This document shows positions 57,301-64,000 of a stretch of 64,000 nt of DNA, one piece after another. Under the pieces are notes generated by a model, which had not been told where the DNA came from, made no database searches, and saw only the letters and a list, made by a program, of their open reading frames with translations. Position numbers and translations under genes: made by a program. The number at the start of each line of letters is the position of its first letter. Position 1 is the first letter of the stretch. Source of the stretch: an uncultured Candidatus Saccharibacteria bacterium (GTDB lineage: Bacteria; Patescibacteriota; Saccharimonadia; Saccharimonadales; JBBQAJ01); assembly GCA_964593805.1 (NCBI GenBank), contig CAZQHP010000001.1, positions 192,091 through 256,090 of the forward strand. Reading direction: 5' to 3'.

Positions 57301-57936
57301 ATGATTTGGCTACTAGGACTTACGGCTGCTATTGGCGTGCTTGCGATTTTGTTGGCGGACGCGCTGCGCCACCGCCACGTGATTGGCAACGAACTAGCCA
57401 GAAAAAGCATTCATATCACGCACGCGCTCATTATCGGCAGCTGGCCATTTTTTACCAATTACAAAATTGTCATCGCCGCCGAGGTATTTTCTTTTGGGAT
57501 GGTTCTGCTGGCTCGAGTTTTTAAGCTCTTTGGGCCACTACGAGAAGTAAAGCGCTTGTCTTGGGGCGAGTTCTTTTTCCCGCTGGCAGTGATAATTATG
57601 GCGCTATTAGAACCGTCACAATGGCTGTTTTTGGCGGCCGTACTACACTTTGGCCTGGCGGACGGGCTAGCGGCAATTATTGGTTCCCGCGTGAAAAAAG
57701 GCCATTACATAATTTTTGGCCACCGTAAATCCGTAGTAGGTACCATGGTTTTTTGGCTGGTGTCGCTGGCAATTGTGAGCTGGTTTTTGTACGGTCAAAG
57801 CGGACTCGACCCGCAGTTTTGGCCTGTTGTTATCACAATTTCCACCATCACGGCAATTATAGAAAACATATCGCCGTGGGGCAGCGACAACTTCACGGTG
57901 CCGCTGGCGGCGTATGGTTTGCTGGCGCTGTTTTAG
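57301..57936 (+). CDS. polyprenol/dolichol kinase or CDP-alcohol family membrane protein (CTP-transferase-1-like)
   Basis: 211 aa with about 6 TM helices. GLADGLAAIIGSRV...GHRKSVVGT resembles the phytol/dolichol kinase and CdsA-like family. Confidence 0.5.
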   Translation: MIWLLGLTAAIGVLAILLADALRHRHVIGNELARKSIHITHALIIGSWPFFTNYKIVIAAEVFSFGMVLLARVFKLFGPLREVKRLSWGEFFFPLAVIIMALLEPSQWLFLAAVLHFGLADGLAAIIGSRVKKGHYIIFGHRKSVVGTMVFWLVSLAIVSWFLYGQSGLDPQFWPVVITISTITAIIENISPWGSDNFTVPLAAYGLLALF

Positions 57937-57966
57937 ACCATTGTTGGAAAGTGCGTTATAGTTTAG

Positions 57967-58506
57967 GTGATGAATAGAGTCAAACAACACTTTGAGGATT
58001 ATTTGAGCGAGTTTGTCTATGGCGGAATAGACGGATCTGTTACTACATTTGCAGTTGTTGCAGGAGCAACTGGTGCAAGTTTTAATGTTAAAGTTTTGCT
58101 GGTACTCGGCTTTGCAAATCTTATTGCCGATGGTTTTTCCATGAGTGTCGGATCGTATTTGTCTACCAAGTCTACCCAAGAACTGATGGTCAAAAAAGGC
58201 CAATCTATTGCAGACGAAGCCTCGCCTGTTATAAATGGCGTCTCCACTTTTTCGGCCTTTATTTTGCTAGGCTTGGTGCCGCTACTGGCTTACGTGGTAG
58301 ATACTGTATTTGATCTGAAGGCCACCAACCTATTTTTCATCGCAAGCGTACTCACAGCTATCGCCTTTGCGGTCATTGGTTTTCTGAAAAGCAAAGTTAC
58401 GCACGCGCCTTTGCTACGCTCAGTTGCAGAAACATTAATTCTCGGCGTGCTGGCAGCTTCCTTTGCCTATGTACTGGGCGATGTCCTGGAACGACTTATC
58501 ACTTAG
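57967..58506 (+). CDS. VIT1/CCC1-family iron/manganese transporter
   Basis: FVYGGIDGSVTTFAVVAGATGA and GFANLIADGFSM blocks. Confidence 0.75.
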   Translation: MMNRVKQHFEDYLSEFVYGGIDGSVTTFAVVAGATGASFNVKVLLVLGFANLIADGFSMSVGSYLSTKSTQELMVKKGQSIADEASPVINGVSTFSAFILLGLVPLLAYVVDTVFDLKATNLFFIASVLTAIAFAVIGFLKSKVTHAPLLRSVAETLILGVLAASFAYVLGDVLERLIT

Positions 58507-59144
58507 TTGGTCTGAATGTTATCCCAAGATAAGGCATTGTACCAACTACCGCTTGGATAGCAGTTGCCGTTAATCAAATTCAAGTTTGCCCACTTAACCT
58601 GCCAAACCGAAGTAATCTTAGTACCGTCTTTGTAACTAAAAAGACGGTATATTTGACCGTACAAAGTTGGTCCGTATGCAGTTGAGTATGCATTTATAGA
58701 GCCCCCGAAATAATTGTCCATATTCTTACATTTTGGCACGTGTGCCCAAGTATTTTTTAATTCAGCAATTTTTTGCCAACTCCCAGAGGGACTGAATGTT
58801 CTAAGGTCTAGACTATAAAGCCCTGTTCGACCCTGACTATCTTTGAATTGCATACAATTTGCTAAACTGCCATATCCTGTCTTTGCGGCCACGCTTCGAC
58901 ACTGCACTGGACCTGACACCCCGTCGCTTGCTTTGATCTGCTGATCAATTGACACGAAATCGGTGAATTTGTCCGGGGGATAGGTGGCTGCGAAGGTTTT
59001 ATATGCGGCGTAACCACCACCGACAACTACAAAGGAGACAAGGAACAAAGCCAGCATGCCTTTTTTCGACGTCGGGTCAAAGCTATGAATTAGTCTTTTA
59101 AGTCTTGAATTTGATTTTGATTTTTTGGTTTTTGTTGCGGCCAT
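58503..59144 (-). CDS. hypothetical Cys-containing exported protein with N-terminal anchor
   Basis: 213 aa. Basic N-terminus, one TM helix (MLALFLVSFVVVGGGYAAY), Trp/Tyr/Cys-rich ectodomain. No family recognised. Confidence 0.5.
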   Translation of the reverse strand: MAATKTKKSKSNSRLKRLIHSFDPTSKKGMLALFLVSFVVVGGGYAAYKTFAATYPPDKFTDFVSIDQQIKASDGVSGPVQCRSVAAKTGYGSLANCMQFKDSQGRTGLYSLDLRTFSPSGSWQKIAELKNTWAHVPKCKNMDNYFGGSINAYSTAYGPTLYGQIYRLFSYKDGTKITSVWQVKWANLNLINGNCYPSGSWYNALSWDNIQTN

Positions 59145-59205
59145 GAAACGAGCCTTGTTTAGTTGTTAATGGAATCATAAGAGGTATCAGTATAATTGTC
59201 AATTC

Positions 59206-59283
59206 TGGGGCGAGAGATGGGAATCGAACCCACGGCCTTCGGAACCACAACCCGACGCTCTAACCAACTGAGCTACTCCCGCC
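59206..59283 (-). tRNA. tRNA-His (anticodon GUG) with G-1, CCA encoded
   Basis: Reverse complement reads g-gcgggag-ta-gctc-agttggtta-gagc-g-tcggg-ttGTGgt-tccga-aggcc-gtggg-ttcgatt-cccat-ctctcgc-c-cca. The extra 5' G opposite discriminator C is the His identity feature. Confidence 0.85.
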
Positions 59284-59336
59284 AGAACAGAGGTGATTAT
59301 ACTTTATTGAGCGCATATTAACAACGACAATAGACT

Positions 59337-59867
59337 TTAGTAGTGATCTGGATTTTCTAGATGGATGAGAGCCATCATAACGGCTAGTTCGTTCACCTTT
59401 GTACGATCAATCTTGCCATGGGTAAGAATAAATATAGCTCCTTCTGCCACGCCAATCTTTTCATGGGTAGTCAAGCCGAGTTCTTTAAACGCCTGGCTAC
59501 CGTCTTTGCCATCTATGATTAAATCAATCATTTTTTTGGGCCACTCAAACGAAGGCGACAAACCCAAATGATAATTTTTGCCGTCATAAATTGCACAAAC
59601 GGTAGTTTCCAAATAACCACTTTTAGTATCAGGCGCAGGCATAATGCCGCTTTCTAGGCCAAAGCTGTATTTACAGCCTCCAAAAACTGTTTTGGCCCTT
59701 TGCTTGGCACCGGCTATGGTGTCTCCTAGAGTTTTTGGATGGTCAAACTCTGCTACGTTTGCATCAACAGCACTGATCAGCGCGTCCTTGAACAGAGGAT
59801 GGTCCGTTAGAATATTGCAAACGGCCTGGAGTTTGGTAGGGTTCATAGAACCAACGTTTATTTGCAT
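59337..59867 (-). CDS. yjjX: inosine/xanthosine triphosphatase (YjjX/DUF84 NTPase)
   Basis: 176 aa. MQINVGSMNPTKLQAV N-terminus and FGLESG block. Confidence 0.75.
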   Translation of the reverse strand: MQINVGSMNPTKLQAVCNILTDHPLFKDALISAVDANVAEFDHPKTLGDTIAGAKQRAKTVFGGCKYSFGLESGIMPAPDTKSGYLETTVCAIYDGKNYHLGLSPSFEWPKKMIDLIIDGKDGSQAFKELGLTTHEKIGVAEGAIFILTHGKIDRTKVNELAVMMALIHLENPDHY

Positions 59868-59891
59868 AACAATACAATATCTATAAGTTAT

Positions 59892-59968
59892 TGGTGCCCC
59901 CGGCTTGATTCGAACAAGCGACCTTAGGCTTAGAAGTCCTCTGCTCTATCCAGCTGAGCTACGGGGGC
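59892..59968 (-). tRNA. tRNA-Arg (anticodon UCU), CCA encoded
   Basis: Reverse complement: gcccccg-ta-gctc-agctggata-gagc-a-gagga-ctTCTaa-gccta-aggtc-gcttg-ttcgaat-caagc-cgggggc-a-cca. The anticodon stem has only three central Watson-Crick pairs. Confidence 0.8.
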
Positions 59969-60112
59969 GCACTTTTGCTTGCTCGCAAAAGCAATTATCA
60001 ATTATCAATTATCAATTTTCAATGATGGAAATTTGATACAAAAACTTTCAGTTTTTGCCCAGCACTGGTAAATGGTAAATGAGAAATGGTAAATGCATTG
60101 CTTTGCAATGCT

Positions 60113-60187
60113 TGGTGCGGGATGGGAGAGTCGAACTCCCGTCCAAAGTTTGGAAAACTTTTATATTAACCGCTATACGAATCCCGC
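60113..60187 (-). tRNA. tRNA-Gly (anticodon UCC), CCA encoded
   Basis: Reverse complement: gcgggat-tc-gtat-agcggtta-atat-a-aaagt-ttTCCaa-acttt-ggac-gggag-ttcgact-ctccc-atcccgc-a-cca. Confidence 0.85.
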
Positions 60188-60345
60188 AACAGGGGCAATT
60201 ATAACAGTTGTATCTCGATTTGCTAAAGACACCCCAAAGAGGAGTGCAAGCATAAGCACAATGACTTATCCACAAGCTATTTGCAATTTTCGCAAGCTAG
60301 TACTATGCTGAGCTTACAAAACAGTTAAGTGGGAGGTTAAACCAC

Positions 60346-60663
60346 ATGAACGTACAACTAAAATCACCTAAAGAAATGGCAATCACTAGTATTGAGTGGT
60401 TCGTCGTAGCGGCATTGCTTGTGCTGGGCTTGCGCTTTGTTTTTCGCCTTTTTGGCGCGGAAGGCAGTGGCGACGGTTTCGTAGCTTGGCTATACGACAC
60501 CAGCAATGTGCTTTTACAACCGGTTCGCGGCGTGTTTCCCGAAACGGCTGTCAGGAGCAAGAATGCGTTTGAATTCGCAACTCTGTTCGCAGCAGTCGCC
60601 TACATGGGCGTAGGCAACGTAGCAATGGGCGTGGTGGAACGCTGGTCACCGAAGCGTAAATAG
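60346..60663 (+). CDS. small membrane protein, possibly YggT-like
   Basis: 105 aa with two TM helices. RFVFRLFGA...LLQPVRGVFP is reminiscent of YggT repeats. Confidence 0.45.
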   Translation: MNVQLKSPKEMAITSIEWFVVAALLVLGLRFVFRLFGAEGSGDGFVAWLYDTSNVLLQPVRGVFPETAVRSKNAFEFATLFAAVAYMGVGNVAMGVVERWSPKRK

Positions 60664-60675
60664 TAAATCAGTGCA

Positions 60676-60719
60676 CTAAATAAAAACTTCCCCTTTAATT
60701 AGGGGAAGTTTTTATTTAG
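60676..60719 (+). terminator. strong intrinsic terminator / bidirectional hairpin
   Basis: ctaaataaaaacttcccct-ttaatt-aggggaagtttttatttag, a perfect 19-bp stem whose arms contain A- and T-runs on both sides. Confidence 0.8.
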
Positions 60720-60760
60720 CTCAACCGCCAAGTAATAGAAACTGTAGCTAAAAAGGTAAA

Positions 60761-60843
60761 AGAGTAGCGTTGGCAAACATGTATTCCATTTTGCCTGAGC
60801 GATGAGAAAAACCGTAGGTTTGTCTCATGAGGCGTAGCCGCTA
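60761..60843. repeat. multi-hairpin intergenic element, copy C
   Basis: agagtagc - ggcaaacatg/ccattttgcc hairpin - gcgatgagaaaaacc/ggtttgtctcatgagg hairpin - cgtagccgcta. Ends on the stop codon of the HTH::MurA gene. Confidence 0.7.
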
Positions 60844-62361
60844 GAGATCGTGCATGATTGTAATCTGGGCGCCAAGGCTGTTTAGGCGGTCGGCTAAATC
60901 TTCATAGCCGCGATTGATAGAGTAGACGTTTCTCAGAATAGAAATGCCTGGCGCGGCCAGCATGCCAATTAGCAGTAGCACGGCTGGGCGCAGGGCAGGC
61001 GGGCAGACAATGTCCGCGGCGCTGAATTTGGTTGGGCCGTCCACGTATGCCCGGTGCGGGTCGGCCAGGGTGACGTTGGCGTTGAGTTTGCGTAGCTCCG
61101 TATAATACAAAGCCCGTTCTTCATAAACCCAGTCATGTATCAGCGTGCGGCCTTTGGCAACGGCGCAGATAGGCACAAAATAAGGCAAGTTATCAATATT
61201 GAGGCCAGGGAAGGGGCGGGCATAGATTTTTTCTTCCAGCGCTACCAGTTCACCGTCGTGCTTATGGATGGTTATGTCCGCCAAATTTGTAAAACCGTTT
61301 TCCGCTTTATAGTAAGGTGTTACGTCAAATTTCAGATTCATTTTTTTTAATTTCAGCAGTTCTAGTTCCAAAAATTCAATTGGCGCGCGCGTTATGGAGA
61401 TTTTTGAGTTGGTAGTAACGGCCGCCGCGATAAACGTCATAGCCTCTATGGGGTCTTCGCTTGGGTGATAAGTCACGTTTTTCTTTATATCTTTCACGCC
61501 CTTTACGGTCAGGGTGCTAGTGCCGACTCCCTCTATTTTAACGCCGAGTTTTTTGAGAAAACAGCACAAATCCTGAACCATGTAGTTAGCGCTGGCCATT
61601 TTAATCACGATCTCTTCTTCAAACTTGGCTGCCGCCATCAGCACGTTTTCTGTCGTGGTGTCGCCGGATTCATATAGCACAATCTGTTTGGCTGGATGTT
61701 TTTTAACCATCACGTTGTAGTAGCCGGCCTTGGCTACAATATCAACGCCCAGTTCCTCGAGCGCGAACAAATGCGGCTGAACCGTCCTGGTGCCAAGTTT
61801 GCAGCCCCCAGCATAGGGAATTTTAAATTCTTTGAACATATGCATAAGCGGGCCAAGCAACATGAGCACGCTGCGGGTTTTTCGCGCTGCCGCCGCGTCT
61901 ATTTTGTCCAAATCCAGAACTGCCGGCGGTTTAATTTCCAAATCATTTCCAGCTAGCCAGCGGACATGCACGCCTATACTCACCAATACTTCGATCAAAC
62001 GGTTTACTTCTTCAATGCGCGGCATGTGCTTGAGCCGTGTAGTGCCTTTGTTGAGCAGAGACGCCATAAGCAGACAAACAGCGGCGTTTTTAGAAGTTTT
62101 GGTCTCTATAGTCCCGTGCAGTTCATGGCCGCCTTCTACGCGCAGATTTACGGCACCGCTGCTGAGGCTAATGATGGGTTTGTTGAGTACATCGCTGATT
62201 CGCCCCAGGGTTTCAAGGCTCAAGTTCTGATGGCCATGTTCAATCCGGTTAACGGCGCTCTGGCTAGTGCCGAGCTTGCGCGCAAAAGCCGCCTGCGTCA
62301 GGCCTCGCTCTTGCCGTATCTGGTAAATAAGTTGGCCAATTTTCTCGTTAGTCGTCTTCAT
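60841..62361 (-). CDS. murA: XRE-family HTH domain fused to UDP-N-acetylglucosamine 1-carboxyvinyltransferase (MurA)
   Basis: N-terminal ~65 aa: IGQLIYQIRQERGLTQAAFARKLGTSQSAVNRIEHGHQNLSLETL (Cro/C1 HTH). The remainder is a full MurA fold (GTIETKTSKNAAV..., active-site loop GGCKLGTRTVQPH with Cys retained). Start taken as MKTTNEK at 62361. Confidence 0.9.
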   Translation of the reverse strand: MKTTNEKIGQLIYQIRQERGLTQAAFARKLGTSQSAVNRIEHGHQNLSLETLGRISDVLNKPIISLSSGAVNLRVEGGHELHGTIETKTSKNAAVCLLMASLLNKGTTRLKHMPRIEEVNRLIEVLVSIGVHVRWLAGNDLEIKPPAVLDLDKIDAAAARKTRSVLMLLGPLMHMFKEFKIPYAGGCKLGTRTVQPHLFALEELGVDIVAKAGYYNVMVKKHPAKQIVLYESGDTTTENVLMAAAKFEEEIVIKMASANYMVQDLCCFLKKLGVKIEGVGTSTLTVKGVKDIKKNVTYHPSEDPIEAMTFIAAAVTTNSKISITRAPIEFLELELLKLKKMNLKFDVTPYYKAENGFTNLADITIHKHDGELVALEEKIYARPFPGLNIDNLPYFVPICAVAKGRTLIHDWVYEERALYYTELRKLNANVTLADPHRAYVDGPTKFSAADIVCPPALRPAVLLLIGMLAAPGISILRNVYSINRGYEDLADRLNSLGAQITIMHDL

Positions 62362-62479
62362 GGGCTCAAATATAATACCACCCGAGGTATAAAAAACAAG
62401 ACTTGCTACAATAGGTATATGATTTGACGACAATACCCACTTCAGAATTTATAAACGTGAGTATTTATGGGAGTTTGAT

Positions 62480-63739
62480 ATGCAAGACACAGCAATTTGG
62501 GATTTGATTAAAGCAGAAGAAAAGCGCCAAGCCGGGGGGCTAGAGATGATTCCTAGCGAAAACCACACCTCGGCTGACGTGCTAACGGCGCTGGGCTCCC
62601 GCCTGACCGATAAATATTCCGAAGGCTACCCCGGCATGCGTTACTACGGCGGCTGCGAAGTAGTTGACAAAGTTGAAAACTTAGCTCGCGACCGCGCCAA
62701 GAAACTGTTTGGCGTGTCCCACGCCAACGTACAGGCACATTCCGGCTCGCCGGCTAACCAAGCCATCTACTACGCGCTTTTGGATCCGGGGGACAAAGTC
62801 ATGGGCATGAGCCTTTTTTTTGGCGGCCACATGACGCACGGGCTAAAGGTCAATTTTTCCGGCACGTACTATAATTCCGTACAGTACACAACCGACAAAG
62901 ACGGCTTTTTGGACTACCAGGCGATTGCCAAACTTGCTAAAGCCGAAAAACCAAAATTTATCATGTGCGGGACTACCGCTTACCCGCGTACTATAGATTG
63001 GCAAAAATTCCGTGAAATTGCGGACAATGTAGGCGCGTGGCTAGTGGCGGATGTTTCGCACATCAGCGGCCTAATCATTGCCGGCGTACATCCTTCTCCC
63101 GTAGGTATCGCGGACGTTGTAATGACCACGACTCACAAAACACTGCGCGGGCCGCGCGGCGCACTGATTTTGTGTAACGGCAATCCCTCAAACCCGCTGA
63201 AAAAGCCGGAAAGAACTCGTGAGAATTTGCCATCGCTGATTGACCGGGCAGTAATACCGGGATTACAGGGCGGCCCTCACAACCATCAAACCGCGGCAAT
63301 TGCCGTGGCGCTTCGCGAAGCTCTAACGCCGCAGTTTAAATTGTACGGGAAGCAAATTGCCCTAAACGCGCGGGTGCTTGCCAAAGAACTCACAAACAGC
63401 GGGTTTAATCTTGTCACCGGCGGTACAGACACCCACCTCATGGTCGTTGACCTGAACAACAAAGACGTTAGCGGCAAAGAAGGCGAAAAAGCCCTGGGCA
63501 TAGCCGGCATTACCGTCAACAAAAACACGGTGCCGTTTGATCCTCGTTCGCCATATGACCCGAGCGGTATTCGTCTTGGCACGCCAGCACTGACAACCCG
63601 GGGCATGAAAGAACCAGAAATGAAACAAATTGCCAGCTGGATACAAGACGCAATCGCTCATCACGACAACGAACCGTATCTCAAAGCCTTGCACAAAACC
63701 ATCACCAAATTTACTATGGATTTCCCGCTACCTAGCTAA
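62480..63739 (+). CDS. glyA: serine hydroxymethyltransferase
   Basis: PLP-lysine block TTTHKTLRGPRG. 419 aa. Confidence 0.97.
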   Translation: MQDTAIWDLIKAEEKRQAGGLEMIPSENHTSADVLTALGSRLTDKYSEGYPGMRYYGGCEVVDKVENLARDRAKKLFGVSHANVQAHSGSPANQAIYYALLDPGDKVMGMSLFFGGHMTHGLKVNFSGTYYNSVQYTTDKDGFLDYQAIAKLAKAEKPKFIMCGTTAYPRTIDWQKFREIADNVGAWLVADVSHISGLIIAGVHPSPVGIADVVMTTTHKTLRGPRGALILCNGNPSNPLKKPERTRENLPSLIDRAVIPGLQGGPHNHQTAAIAVALREALTPQFKLYGKQIALNARVLAKELTNSGFNLVTGGTDTHLMVVDLNNKDVSGKEGEKALGIAGITVNKNTVPFDPRSPYDPSGIRLGTPALTTRGMKEPEMKQIASWIQDAIAHHDNEPYLKALHKTITKFTMDFPLPS

Positions 63740-63743
63740 GTTA

Positions 63744-64000
63744 TTAGGGTAGCAATTCCGGCTCTTGTTCCAGCGTTATGCCAAATTTTGCTTGTACGGC
63801 ATTCACTATTTTTTGCTTGAAGCGCAATAAATCAGCCGTGCTTTTGGCGTATTCATTTATAAGCACCAGCGATTGTCCGGGCCAGGTTGCCATGCCCGTT
63901 TCTGGGTCGTGAGCTTCTTTGAACCCAGCCTGCTCAATCAACCAGGCGGCCGAAAGTTTGATTTGGCCGTCGTCAGTCTGCCAGTATTTTATTTGCGGGT
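63744..64000 (-). CDS. murB: UDP-N-acetylenolpyruvoylglucosamine reductase, C-terminal part (gene continues beyond window)
   Basis: The frame is open to the window edge (...PQIKYWQTDDGQIKLSAAWLIEQAGFKEAHD...). SAAWLIEQAGFK is the conserved MurB C-terminal-domain block. The track's M at 63941 is an internal TTG-encoded Leu. Confidence 0.8.
   Translation of the reverse strand, partial: PQIKYWQTDDGQIKLSAAWLIEQAGFKEAHDPETGMATWPGQSLVLINEYAKSTADLLRFKQKIVNAVQAKFGITLEQEPELLP

Noticed and set aside
57044-57301. ORF-track entries overlapping tRNA genes: 57044..57250, 57064..57246 and 57107..57301 over tRNA-Pro; 60048..60275 and 60093..60311 over tRNA-Gly.
   Set aside because: The regions fold into canonical cloverleaves, so the ORFs are incidental.
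59992-60095. Short tandem repeats (caattat x3, tggtaaa x3) considered as a possible CRISPR or iteron array.
   Set aside because: The units are only 7 nt with no spacers. They lie in a tRNA spacer. Nothing in the window shows the 25-40-nt repeat/spacer periodicity of CRISPR.
1-64000. An alternative genetic code (UGA recoding as in some CPR lineages).
   Set aside because: All conserved genes read full-length with the standard code. TGA ends at least the GreA-like, carA and RimB-like genes at positions consistent with neighbouring gene starts.

Overview
This is a 64-kb chromosomal window with roughly 50% G+C. It is densely coded and uses the standard genetic code: UGA acts as a stop and conserved genes read intact. 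I found no rRNA genes and no CRISPR array.

The content is mostly housekeeping:
- A near-complete de novo pyrimidine set (pyrD-like, pyrF, pyrE, pyrB, carA, carB) interleaved with guaA and two histidine-phosphatase paralogs.
- tilS-ftsH, murJ and lepA.
- A CIRCE/HrcA-controlled hrcA-grpE-dnaK-dnaJ operon interrupted by three small orphan ORFs.
- A GGDEF / RimB-like / RimK cluster.
- comEC, and yebC-ruvCAB.
- A type IV pilus cluster on the minus strand (pilB, pilC, two minor pilins, a large PilX-like protein, pilMNO).
- recA-cupin-recX, tsaE/tsaB, rny-ymdB, an HTH::MurA fusion, glyA, a murB fragment, and five tRNAs (Lys, Pro, His, Arg, Gly), all with encoded CCA.

The reduced domain architectures (short ComEC, short TsaB, short TilS), the HTH-MurA fusion and the pilus-plus-competence content fit a reduced-genome Patescibacteria/CPR-like (Saccharibacteria-like) organism. 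That placement is inference only.

Accessory highlights:
1. A 5.4-kb IS1595-family transposon (46876..52253). It has near-perfect 24-bp terminal inverted repeats and an 8-bp target duplication (GTATAAAT). It carries a PurB::HAD fusion, a NadR-like P-loop protein and an orphan coiled-coil protein.
2. A 1.8-kb single-gene insertion into the 3' end of lepA, bracketed by a ~95-bp direct duplication of the lepA terminus.
3. A three-member family of multi-hairpin intergenic elements, each abutting the stop codon of a minus-strand gene.
4. A perfect 11-bp inverted repeat immediately upstream of the recA promoter.
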